Shown here in pieces: positions 28,486 through 37,584 of a stretch of 64,000 nt of DNA. A program made the position numbers and the translations under genes. The stretch's first letter is position 1; each line of letters begins with the position of its first letter. The stretch is taken from NCBI GenBank assembly GCA_963666515.2, contig OY762897.2, positions 3,552,001 through 3,616,000 on the forward strand. Direction: 5' to 3'. The stretch comes from Candidatus Binatia bacterium (GTDB taxonomy: Bacteria; Desulfobacterota; Binatia; UBA9968; JAJDTQ01). The notes under the pieces are model-generated. The model ran no database searches. It saw only the letters and a list, made by a program, of their open reading frames with translations, and had not been told where the DNA came from.

Positions 28486-30759
28486 TCAGAACTCCCGGCG
28501 CCAGCCGGCGAGGAAGGTCATCTCCGGGTGCGCGGCCCTGCGATGTCCGGGCCGGTGGCTGTAGACGGCGCCGAGGCGAAGCTCACCCTCCGCCAGCGGG
28601 CGGCGCCATTGTCCCGCGAAGTCCATCTGCCGGCCGCTGGGCGCCAGGTCCGCGGCGGCCGAGCCGTACCACACCGAGCCCGCCCTGGTGCGGCCGGCCG
28701 GGGCCGTGAACCAGGCCCGGCCGCTCTCGACGCGCAACGGCTGCGACACGGAAAAACGCAACCGCCCCGAACCGGCGAGGGCCGTGCCGGCGTGAAGCGC
28801 AAAGGCGCTGGTGGCGAGCGGGGACACCCGCGTCACGAGTCCGCCTCGGGCCGCCGGGGCGACGAACCCGAACTCCGCGTTGGCGCCGATGCGCCATCGG
28901 CCCAGATCCGTATGCGCGTCCAGGCCCAGGAACGCGGTATTTGCGGCCAGCCTGCCGAAAGCGCCTTCGCCGACGCTTCCGAGCAACGTCTCGCGCTCGC
29001 CGATCCATCCGGCCCGGACCCCCAGCGGCAGCCCCGCACGCCGCCAGCTCAGCGCCGCGCCGACCGCGGGCGCCTGCCCCGGAATCCCCTTCGTGGTGAA
29101 GGCCGCGGCGGACAGCCCGCCCGATCCGGCCAGGGTGGCCTTCACCGCGCCTTCGGCCAGGGCCAGGTGGCTGCCCCGCACCTCCACCGTCCTCTCCAGG
29201 CGGGCGATCCCGAGACTCCCGGGAGCCGTCTCGCCTCCGGCGGGCTCGGGCGCCAGAAAGCGGCGGAGGCGCGCCGATACCGGCGTTTCCGGGGCGGGGG
29301 CGGTGAAGTTTCCCAGGCGGTACCAGAACGGGGCTCCGAGAGCGTCCAGCGCCATGATCTCGCGTGCGGCGAGCGAACGCTGGAGAGCGTCCCCGAAGGC
29401 CGCTCCCGGCAGAAGCCGCGTCGACGCCAAACGGACGCCGTTTCGCCCCACACTGCCGCCCGACGCCAGACGGACGCCGTTTCGCCCCACGCTGCCGCCC
29501 GACGGCAGCGCCAGGACGCCCACCGGGGAGGTCGCGGCGCCCAGGTTCATCGAGCCTTGCCCGTAGACGGCCGCGTCGGCGTACGCGCCGCTCTTGTCCG
29601 CGGTCTTGAACAGCCGCGTCACCAGCTCGGTGCTGGACAACTGGTCGCGGAAGAGCTGCTTCATCAGCGCCAGCCCGCCCGCCACCATGGGCGCGGCAAC
29701 CGACGTCCCATCGACGCTGGCATAGCCCCGAACCGGGCCGAGGCCGTCCTCGTCGGGGCCGAAGTAGGCCGCCCGGACGTCTTTCCCGGGCGCCGCAATG
29801 CAATACTCCGCGGCAATGCCGCAACGGTTGGAAAAGGAGGCGATCCGCCCGTCGTCGGGGCTCAGGGCCACCACCGCGACGGAATGGCCCCGAAGCTCGG
29901 CGATGCGCGCCGCCAGACCCGGCAGCACCTCGACCGAGACCGCGTTGATGGCGCCGTCCTCGCAATGGTCGGTGGCCGATGGCTCGCAAGGGTCTCCGTG
30001 GGCGTTGCCGGCCGCCCACACGAGAAGGGTCTTTTCGCCGGCGCCGGCCTGCGCCATGGCGGCAATCGCGTTCGGCAGGCTGGCGCGAAGCTCCGTCTCG
30101 GTGTAGTCGTCGATGATGCCGTGGAAGCCGATGCTCAGGTTCAGGACGTCCACCCTCCGGTCGCCGTCCCGCCAGGCCAGGATGTGATCGAGCTGCTCCT
30201 TCCAATCGGCGTCGGCGGCGGCCAGCCGGGCGAGCGATACCGGGCGGTAGTCGTGGACGCCTGAACCCAACGGTATGCCGAACATGGCGATGTCCGCGGC
30301 CCACGCCACGCCTTGCATTTCGTCGGGCGGCGAAGACCGCGCGGCCGCGGCCACGCTCGCCACCGCGGTACCGTGCGAGAAGGTCTCGCCGGTCTCGTCG
30401 GACGCGCCCGACAGGAGTTCCTCGGTCACGGTCTTGCCGGCGAACGCGGGGTGTTCCAGGTCGATTCCGCTGTCGATGAAACCGATGGTCACACCGGAGC
30501 CGGGCTCGGCGTCGCTGCCTTTCAGCGCGGCGAGGTTGCCGTAGGCCGCGCCCGCTCCGACGTGGCGCAGTCCCCACTGCGTCGCGAAGTCGTCAGGTGG
30601 CCGTCCGCCGCCACCGCCTCCACCTCCGCGTCCGCCTCCACCCCCGCCACCGCCTCCGCAGCCGCCGAGCGTGAGCAGGACCGAGAGAAGGATGAAACAG
30701 GCAAGAGCCGGATGACGGGCCGCGGGTCCGGCTTGCCGCTCCCGTTCGGGATAGCGCAT
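28486..30759 (-). CDS. Lipidated S8 (subtilase) serine protease with C-terminal beta-barrel-like domain
   Basis: Lipobox LGGC plus poly-Gly; triad GFIDSG / SHGTAVA / GTSVAAP; AAGN oxyanion motif; ends WRREF. Confidence 0.88.
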   Translation of the reverse strand: MRYPERERQAGPAARHPALACFILLSVLLTLGGCGGGGGGGGGRGGGGGGGGRPPDDFATQWGLRHVGAGAAYGNLAALKGSDAEPGSGVTIGFIDSGIDLEHPAFAGKTVTEELLSGASDETGETFSHGTAVASVAAAARSSPPDEMQGVAWAADIAMFGIPLGSGVHDYRPVSLARLAAADADWKEQLDHILAWRDGDRRVDVLNLSIGFHGIIDDYTETELRASLPNAIAAMAQAGAGEKTLLVWAAGNAHGDPCEPSATDHCEDGAINAVSVEVLPGLAARIAELRGHSVAVVALSPDDGRIASFSNRCGIAAEYCIAAPGKDVRAAYFGPDEDGLGPVRGYASVDGTSVAAPMVAGGLALMKQLFRDQLSSTELVTRLFKTADKSGAYADAAVYGQGSMNLGAATSPVGVLALPSGGSVGRNGVRLASGGSVGRNGVRLASTRLLPGAAFGDALQRSLAAREIMALDALGAPFWYRLGNFTAPAPETPVSARLRRFLAPEPAGGETAPGSLGIARLERTVEVRGSHLALAEGAVKATLAGSGGLSAAAFTTKGIPGQAPAVGAALSWRRAGLPLGVRAGWIGERETLLGSVGEGAFGRLAANTAFLGLDAHTDLGRWRIGANAEFGFVAPAARGGLVTRVSPLATSAFALHAGTALAGSGRLRFSVSQPLRVESGRAWFTAPAGRTRAGSVWYGSAAADLAPSGRQMDFAGQWRRPLAEGELRLGAVYSHRPGHRRAAHPEMTFLAGWRREF

Positions 30760-30772
30760 GGCCGCCGTGCCC

Positions 30773-32131
30773 TCAGAACTGCCGGACGAAGCGGATCTCG
30801 CCGCTGGTACGCTTGTAGTCGTGGGCCTGGGCGTTGGAGGAGCGGACCTCCCGCACCAGCGCCACTTGCGGACTGAAACCCATGAGCGTAAAGGCGCGGT
30901 TGAAGACCGACGCCCGGAGGTTGTAGGTCCTGTCTTCCCGGGAAACCCCTCCCGGCGTCAGGTACCCCCAGTTGCCCCGGTAATCCGTCCAGCGGTAGCC
31001 GCCGCCGCCGCCGACCGTGAACCCCAGCGGCAAGGCCACGGACACGCCGGCCTGTAGCCACCGGCTCTCGTTGCGGCTGGTCAGGGTCGCGGGCCGATCG
31101 CGTCCGTGTCCGGCGGTCAGGTCGAGCCGCACGGTGGGCGTCAGCAGGAAGCCGGCGCCGGCCGTGACGCTCCGCACCGGTCCGTCCAGGTGGTTCCGCC
31201 CCCGGTAGCGGCGGTCGTGCCACGACGCGGTTCCGTTGAGCATGAGGCGCCGGTTGAGCCGGTGCCTCATCATCAGCCGTCCGCCCAGGTCCAGGTGGTC
31301 CCTCGTGCCCCCGCTCCAGATTTGGCGCCCGCTGCCCAGCACGCTGAACTCGGTGTTCCGGCCGGCCAGCACCCGCGGACCGGCGTGCACCGACACCAGC
31401 ACCTTGTCGAACTTCTGCGCGGAGTATTCCCTGATCGACGCGTCCGCGCCGGCGCGGAGCCTAAGCCGGTCGCCCAGCGGGTGCTGGTATTCCCCGCCGG
31501 CCCACACCGCCAGCCCCACCCCCGACGTGGTCAGCTCCTCCTCGTCCCGGATGAACGGCAGCCCGAAGATGTAGATGGTCCTCTCGTCGGATGCGCCGCC
31601 GATGTTGGTGTCCGGCGCCAGCGCGAGGCCCATGTGCATGGTCCAGCGCCGGCGCGCCCGTATCTGCGAAAGGAACCGCCGCACGTTGGCGACCACCGCA
31701 TCGGGCGGGTCTCCGGCCAGGACGCGCTCGAAGTGCTCCCGCGACAGGCCGTCCTCCCGCTTGTAGAAGAACGCCCGCGCCAGCTCCAGGCGCACCCGCA
31801 CCAGGCCCGGCTCGTTCACCAGAAGCCCCCGGAGCGCGGCGATGGCCTCGTCGAGCAGCGCCAGCTTCTCCTTCCCGTCTTCCGGCGGCGCGCCCAGCGA
31901 CGCCTCGATCGCTGCCAGGGCCAGCAGGAAGGCCGCGTTCTTGTCGTCCGGGTGCTCCGCGGCCCACGAACGCAGGACGCCCAGCGCCTCCATGTAACGG
32001 CCCTGGTCCATCAGGACGCGGGCGTTCTTCAGCCCGGGACCGGCCGAAGGGCCGGAACGGGCGTGGCCGTCCCAACCCGATGATTGACAGAGCAGGAGGA
32101 AGAAGAGCAAGGCGCCGATGGATTTCTTCAT
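30773..32131 (-). CDS. Slam/DUF560-type surface lipoprotein translocon (type XI secretion outer-membrane protein)
   Basis: Signal peptide, TPR region (RVRLELARAFF..FERVLA), PDTNI barrel start, amphipathic strands, terminal F. Confidence 0.8.
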   Translation of the reverse strand: MKKSIGALLFFLLLCQSSGWDGHARSGPSAGPGLKNARVLMDQGRYMEALGVLRSWAAEHPDDKNAAFLLALAAIEASLGAPPEDGKEKLALLDEAIAALRGLLVNEPGLVRVRLELARAFFYKREDGLSREHFERVLAGDPPDAVVANVRRFLSQIRARRRWTMHMGLALAPDTNIGGASDERTIYIFGLPFIRDEEELTTSGVGLAVWAGGEYQHPLGDRLRLRAGADASIREYSAQKFDKVLVSVHAGPRVLAGRNTEFSVLGSGRQIWSGGTRDHLDLGGRLMMRHRLNRRLMLNGTASWHDRRYRGRNHLDGPVRSVTAGAGFLLTPTVRLDLTAGHGRDRPATLTSRNESRWLQAGVSVALPLGFTVGGGGGYRWTDYRGNWGYLTPGGVSREDRTYNLRASVFNRAFTLMGFSPQVALVREVRSSNAQAHDYKRTSGEIRFVRQF

Positions 32132-32227
32132 GGAGAATCTTTCGTCCGACACCAGAAAGGGCAGCCTTTCGGCTGCCCTTTCCTCGGTTTTAACCAACGT
32201 TGTGGTCGACTTTGCGGTCGTCCCGCC

Positions 32228-34924
32228 TCACTGTTTCTTTGCGCCGAAAGCGCCCACGAAGGTCTCGCTTTCATCCGCGTTCGTCACACCGAAGGTGCCG
32301 GCGACGGAACCCGGGTGCCGGCCAGCGTCGTTATCCGAATCGGCGGCCGGTTGTGCACCGTAGAATTGCCCCTGCCAGGAGCCGCTGAACTTATAGCCGC
32401 CAGCAGTAAGCTCCTCGCCCATCCTCGTGGAACCGCTGAAGGTGCCATTAGAGGCTGCGATATTTGTGCCCGTCACGTTGTTGCTGGGAACGTCATGATC
32501 CATGTATATGGTCTTGTCATAGTCCTCGCCGTGCGAAACGATGTTTTCGATCCTCCCCGAGATGGTCCCTATCTGGGTTGTATTATTACCAAACTGGGCA
32601 TTCAGGGTTGCATCCCCATGGAACCAGTCTACCCTGTTGTACTCCTGGCCTGCCGGCGCCGGTCTCGAGTGCACGCCTGCAGCGGCGCCTCTATACGTCG
32701 CAGTACCCGTAAGCGCCTGCCAGTTTGCCTCCGAATTGCCCCCAACCGGCACGTAGGGGAGGTTACCATCCGCGAAAGCACCGAATTCAAAGGTGCTGGC
32801 GGCGTTGTCGCCCGTTGTTTCCGTCAGCCAGACGCCAAAGACGAGATAGTCCGAGTCGGCAGCTCCGGCAACGTACGTCGTATCGGTCCTGGAACCGGTA
32901 AACGTGAAGTCGCCAGTCATTGCGGTTACTCCCCCGCTGGGCGTGCGCGTTATCGTGCAAGTATTCATGCAAGTGAACGTGCCGCTAAGCGGCTTCGTGG
33001 CTGCCTGCTCGTCGTGGTCGTATTTTCCGGTGAAGGTTTGCGTGTTGTTGGTAGTGGTCAGCGGTCCTGCATCCGTTATCCGGGATGGGTTGTCCTCGGC
33101 GACATCTGTATCAGTGACTGATACGAGGCTCGTCGTCGTATTCGTTTTTTGCTGCGCAATGTCCGTGAATGCAAGAACATAAGCTTTTCCAACGGTTTCG
33201 TTCTGGTCATTCTGAAGGTTACCGCTGTAATCGAAGCCAAGTTTGAATTCGGAGGACGGCAGTCCATCCTCCTGGTCGGTGTTTTTGGTGGTGGAAGAAC
33301 CGTATGCGTCTCCGCTGCTGTTACTATCGCCATCCAGATCGACGGTAACGGACGCAATCGCTTCGTTCTTGTCGTCGGACAGATCGGCGTCGTGCGGATA
33401 CGTAGCGGTCGCCGTAGAAACGTTCCGGTTAGCAGTGTCGGTGTCGTTGGACCTGCTATCGTGGTTCTGAGCGGCATCAGCGATTTTCGCTTGAGCGTTC
33501 TTGATCGTATCCGCCCGCCTTTTCGCTATCAACTTAAGCTCATCGTCATCCACGTTGGCCGGATCGGTCACGACAACGCTGTAGGCGTTCGCGCTCTTGA
33601 ACAAGCCCAGGACGTGCGTGTTCCAGGCCTTCATGGCCGCAGTCTCTGCCGACTCCGCCTCGCCCCTTTTGGTCTCGGCGGTCGTCTGCCGCTTCTCTGC
33701 TATGTCCTGCTGGCCCTCGGCCGCGATCCTGTATTCCTCCGCCTTGTCGGCCGTGGTGCCGTCCTTAGCCGCGTCGTCCGCTGCTTTTTTCGCTGCGTCC
33801 GCTGCTGTTCTCGCCTCGTCCGCTGCTTTTTTCGCGTCCTTAGCCGCGTCGTCCGCGTCCTTCGCGCTCTCCTTTGCATTCTCTGGACTGGTCTCGTAAT
33901 CTGTCCTTGCCAGCTTTGCCTTCTCGGCCGAACTGGCCGCGTTGTCCTTTGCGATTTTCGCCGCGTCACTAGCCGTTTTCGCCTTCTTTGCTGCCGCTTC
34001 CGCCGCGTTGGCTGCCGCACGGGCCTCCCGGCGGTTACGGTCCAGTTTGACGAGGTTGTCGGTGTTCGTGATCCTGTCGTACTCCTCCTCGACATCCTCC
34101 AACGCCTTCACTACCTTGTCCCGCTCGGCTTCAGCCTTGGCCTGCTCGGCCTTTGCCGTTTCGGCCGCTGCCTTCCGGTCAACCATTTTATCGGCGTCAT
34201 TCGCCGCGTCGCGCGCCTTTTCCGCCGCGGTAGCCGCGGTTTCCGCTGCCGTCGCCGCCGCCTCCGCTGTTTTCGACGCCGGGGAATTAGCGCCCACCTG
34301 ATTAGTGACGTAGTTGGCCATCGTCCGAGCGTTTACAGGGACGTTGACTGTGTTACCGTCTGCGTCTGTGTATGTGTCACCGGCCTTCCTGGTGTCGGTG
34401 GAGTCCCCGGCCTTCATCCGGGCCTCGGCAGCAGCGGCGATCGCATCCGTTCTGGCCTTGCCCAAGTCGATCTCGTAACCGGCGAACATCACGGCAGTGC
34501 TAACCCCGTTCGCTTCCTGCCCTGCCAGGACCTCCGCCGCGTCTACCTTGGCTTTTTCCGCCTTCGCGACAGCCAGGTCCGTCGCCGCCTGGACTGCGGT
34601 ATTCGCAGTCTGCGCGCTTGTGTCGGCCGCATCGAGGTCCGCCTTGTCGGCCTTCGCGACCGCAATCGCCTCGGCGTATCTCAGCTTGTTGATATTGGCG
34701 TTTCCTCCCATCCCGTCAACACCGCCGATCGCCTTGCCAGCGTCCTCCTTCATTTTCGCGACTCGCGCCGCCGCATCCCTCGCATCCTTTTTCAACTTCT
34801 CCAACTCGGTCTGGTCGACCGGCGGAGGAGCAGACGTGCCGCCACCGCCGCCGCAGCCATACACCATCATGGAGAGTACGGCGACGAGGCAGATCGCCAT
34901 CAAATTCTTGAATGACTTAGACAT
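32228..34924 (-). CDS. Large surface lipoprotein with Ala/Lys-rich coiled-coil stalk and TbpB-like C-terminal barrel
   Basis: Lipobox VYGC-GGGGG; YLVFGVWL, GTATYRGAAAG, GSWQGQFYG, VAGTFG, FVGAFGAKKQ. Confidence 0.82.
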   Translation of the reverse strand: MSKSFKNLMAICLVAVLSMMVYGCGGGGGTSAPPPVDQTELEKLKKDARDAAARVAKMKEDAGKAIGGVDGMGGNANINKLRYAEAIAVAKADKADLDAADTSAQTANTAVQAATDLAVAKAEKAKVDAAEVLAGQEANGVSTAVMFAGYEIDLGKARTDAIAAAAEARMKAGDSTDTRKAGDTYTDADGNTVNVPVNARTMANYVTNQVGANSPASKTAEAAATAAETAATAAEKARDAANDADKMVDRKAAAETAKAEQAKAEAERDKVVKALEDVEEEYDRITNTDNLVKLDRNRREARAAANAAEAAAKKAKTASDAAKIAKDNAASSAEKAKLARTDYETSPENAKESAKDADDAAKDAKKAADEARTAADAAKKAADDAAKDGTTADKAEEYRIAAEGQQDIAEKRQTTAETKRGEAESAETAAMKAWNTHVLGLFKSANAYSVVVTDPANVDDDELKLIAKRRADTIKNAQAKIADAAQNHDSRSNDTDTANRNVSTATATYPHDADLSDDKNEAIASVTVDLDGDSNSSGDAYGSSTTKNTDQEDGLPSSEFKLGFDYSGNLQNDQNETVGKAYVLAFTDIAQQKTNTTTSLVSVTDTDVAEDNPSRITDAGPLTTTNNTQTFTGKYDHDEQAATKPLSGTFTCMNTCTITRTPSGGVTAMTGDFTFTGSRTDTTYVAGAADSDYLVFGVWLTETTGDNAASTFEFGAFADGNLPYVPVGGNSEANWQALTGTATYRGAAAGVHSRPAPAGQEYNRVDWFHGDATLNAQFGNNTTQIGTISGRIENIVSHGEDYDKTIYMDHDVPSNNVTGTNIAASNGTFSGSTRMGEELTAGGYKFSGSWQGQFYGAQPAADSDNDAGRHPGSVAGTFGVTNADESETFVGAFGAKKQ

Positions 34925-35143
34925 CTATGGTCTCCTTTTCTTTAGGGTCTGTAGCCGATGGATGGATTCAGTCGCAAGAAAGACCGGCGACCTCAACTCA
35001 CGATCCCCGTCAAGGACAGCGCCGTCCTGCCCCCTCAGGGACAATTCCTCATGCTTGGCATGTCTTCGAATTCTCCTTTCCTGTGGGCTGGAGCCGCAAG
35101 CAAAGGCCGTCACTCGTAAAGCTGGAACAATCATATCCCGGCA

Positions 35144-35172
35144 CATATAGCACCAAGTCTCGCGGACTGCAA
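35144..35172 (-). promoter_or_regulatory. Putative sigma70 promoter for the surface-lipoprotein operon
   Basis: Minus strand TTGCAG-N17-TATATG with an extended TGn. Confidence 0.5.
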
Positions 35173-35464
35173 CCACTTTTTTACAGGATTTTACGCCATT
35201 CCGCACAAAGACGCCCTGGAAAGCGAAAGCCCGTCGTCGATGGTCCTGTTCCCGTACCATCATCGAAAGAGGATTGCAACCGGGGGGGGCCGCCCGGTCG
35301 ACCCGGTTTTTTCCGTGACCTGGGCTTTTTTTCCGTGACCCGGGCGCTTCCGTCCATCCGCCCATCTCGTCGGCGGCTCGTTTGACTTGTTCCGGGAAAG
35401 CCTGATAAAGGACAATCCCGGACCGCAGTTGGGCGGGGAATTTCAAGCACAGGGAGGACATCCA

Positions 35465-35680
35465 TTGGCAACCTCCGTCACAGCCCCCATGGTGGGCAAG
35501 ATTCTGAGGATCGAGGCGAATCCCGGCGAGGCCGTGGAAGAGGACGACGTGGTCATCGTGATGGAGGCCATGAAGATGGAGATCCCGGTGGTGGCGCCGG
35601 CCGCCGGGACGGTCAAGGCGGTCAAGGTCGAGGTCGGGCAGTCGGTGGAGGCGGGCGAGGAACTCGCCGAGATCGAGTAG
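35465..35680 (+). CDS. Stand-alone biotin carboxyl carrier protein
   Basis: GGAGGA ribosome-binding site, TTG start, APMVG and EAMKME biotinylation motif. Confidence 0.88.
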   Translation: MATSVTAPMVGKILRIEANPGEAVEEDDVVIVMEAMKMEIPVVAPAAGTVKAVKVEVGQSVEAGEELAEIE

Positions 35681-35731
35681 CCGCGCGCCCGCGCACGGCT
35701 TTCGCCCCGGCAGGGTTGAGGCAGGTTCGAC

Positions 35732-35848
35732 ATGGGTACCTGGGAATTCGGCCTCACGGTTGCGCTGGTGGGCAGCGTCGGCACCTTGGTGGTGCTGTGG
35801 CTGCTGAGCCTGCTGATTCTGCTGATCCGGAAAATCTTTCCTTCGTGA
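35732..35848 (+). CDS. OadG-like gamma/delta subunit (38 aa, not in the ORF track)
   Basis: MGTWEFGLTVALVGSVGTLVVLWLLSLLILLIRKIFPS; single TM helix between the biotin carrier and the beta subunit. Confidence 0.7.
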   Translation: MGTWEFGLTVALVGSVGTLVVLWLLSLLILLIRKIFPS

Positions 35849-35903
35849 TTCCCGGCCCCCGGGAACCACGTAAGGAGCGGGACTCACCCTTCACAACAAG
35901 AAT

Positions 35904-37046
35904 ATGGAATCCGCGATCCTCTCCGGCGTCCTGGGGCTGCTTGACGGCGTTTCGCACCTGGCGCTCGGCCAGGTGGTCATGATGGCCATCGCCGGGACGC
36001 TGCTCTACCTCGGCATCGTCAAGGGGTTCGAGCCGCTGCTGCTGGTGCCCATCGGCTTCGGCGCCGTCCTGGTGAACATCCCCCAGGCCGAGTTGATGGC
36101 AGAAGGGGGCACGCTCCGGTTCTTCTACGACTTCGGCATCCGCACGGAGATCTTCCCGGTGCTGATCTTCATCGGCATCGGCGCCATGACCGACTTCGGG
36201 CCGCTGTTCTCCAACCCCAAGATCATCATGCTGGGCGCGGCCGGGCAGTTCGGCATCTTCCTCACGCTGCTGCTGGCCCTGGCGCTGGGCTTCGACAAGC
36301 TGGACGCCGTGGCCATCGCCGTCATCGGCGCGTGCGACGGTCCCACTTCCATCTACGTGACCTCGCGCTACGCCCCCCACCTGCTGGGGGCGGTGTCGGT
36401 GGCCGCCTACTCGTACATGTCGCTGGTGCCGCTGATCCAGCCGCCGATCATGCGGGCGCTGACCACGGCGCGGGAGAAGCAGGTCGTCATGGGCATGGTG
36501 CAGCAGGCGCCGGTGTCGAAGACCACGCGCATCCTGTTTCCCATCGTGGTCACGGTGGTGGCTTCGATCATCGCGCCCCTGGGGACGCCGCTCATCGGCA
36601 TGCTGATGCTCGGCAACCTGCTGCGGGAGAGCGGCGTGGTGGAGCGGCTCAAGCTGACCTCGGAGAACGAGATCGCCAACATCGTCACGCTGCTGCTGGG
36701 GCTGGCCATCGGCGGCACCATGGCCGCGGACGGGTTTCTCCGGGTGGAGACCCTGATGGTGCTGGCCCTGGGGCTCGTGGCCATCGGCCTGGACACGGTG
36801 ATGGGCGTGCTGTTCGGCAAGGGCATGTGCCTGCTGAGCCGCGGCAGGATCAACCCCCTCATCGGCGCCGCCGGCATCTCCGCCTTCCCCATGGCCGCGC
36901 GCGTGGTGCAGAACGAGGGCCAGCGCTACAACAAGAAGAACCACCTGCTGATGCACGCCATGAGCGCCAACGCCGGCGGCCAGATCGGCTCCGTCATCGC
37001 CGCCGCCATCATGCTCTCGGTGCTGCGGGGGATGGGGATCATCTGA
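35904..37046 (+). CDS. Na+-translocating decarboxylase beta subunit (OadB/GcdB/MmdB family)
   Basis: FEPLLLVPIGFG, GAMTDFGP, IGACDGPT, AAYSYM, SAFPMAARV. Confidence 0.93.
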   Translation: MESAILSGVLGLLDGVSHLALGQVVMMAIAGTLLYLGIVKGFEPLLLVPIGFGAVLVNIPQAELMAEGGTLRFFYDFGIRTEIFPVLIFIGIGAMTDFGPLFSNPKIIMLGAAGQFGIFLTLLLALALGFDKLDAVAIAVIGACDGPTSIYVTSRYAPHLLGAVSVAAYSYMSLVPLIQPPIMRALTTAREKQVVMGMVQQAPVSKTTRILFPIVVTVVASIIAPLGTPLIGMLMLGNLLRESGVVERLKLTSENEIANIVTLLLGLAIGGTMAADGFLRVETLMVLALGLVAIGLDTVMGVLFGKGMCLLSRGRINPLIGAAGISAFPMAARVVQNEGQRYNKKNHLLMHAMSANAGGQIGSVIAAAIMLSVLRGMGII

Positions 37047-37049
37047 AGC

Positions 37050-37259
37050 TCAGGCGGCGGGAAACAGCGCCTCCAGAGACACTTCGACTCTCTTGTTGTC
37101 TATGATCGTGGAGGCGTCGAGAATCTCAATTTCCAAAGGCCGTCCTTTCTCGGAGAGGTGAACGATGACGCCTTCAGCCATGTCCGTGGAGTCTGAAGGC
37201 TGTCCCTCGCCCAACTGAATAGTGAGCACATCCGCATCACGAGAGTATGTGATCTTCAT
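37050..37259 (-). CDS. DUF2283 protein (putative antitoxin)
   Basis: MKITYSRDADVLTIQL...IEILDAS. Confidence 0.8.
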   Translation of the reverse strand: MKITYSRDADVLTIQLGEGQPSDSTDMAEGVIVHLSEKGRPLEIEILDASTIIDNKRVEVSLEALFPAA

Positions 37260-37581
37260 ATTGTCCACCTCCCTGGAAATAGCGCTCTGCCGACGGACTG
37301 TACACGGTTACCGCAACAGGGAGCGTCCCCTCGTACTCATATATCACCCGAATCAGATGTTTTCCCTGGCGGAGATGCGCAATAAAGCGGCCGTGATGGC
37401 CGACGAGCACCTCTTCGGGGAAGAGCATTGTCCGTACAACCAAATCGTCCGTCAGACCCCACCTTTTCAGCCTGTTCAACACGTGGTGGGTGAGCAGGAC
37501 TGAAACGTTCTTTCCATTCGCCTGAATCTCATAGACTTTGCCACGAGGATGGTCCTGGATATGGGCGAGCCGGTACGCCAT
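37237..37581 (-). CDS. DUF4258-like protein (putative toxin)
   Basis: THHV..RL..W, PEEV, IRVIYE, VTVY; overlaps the DUF2283 gene. Confidence 0.7.
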   Translation of the reverse strand: MAYRLAHIQDHPRGKVYEIQANGKNVSVLLTHHVLNRLKRWGLTDDLVVRTMLFPEEVLVGHHGRFIAHLRQGKHLIRVIYEYEGTLPVAVTVYSPSAERYFQGGGQYEDHILS

Positions 37582-37584
37582 ATC

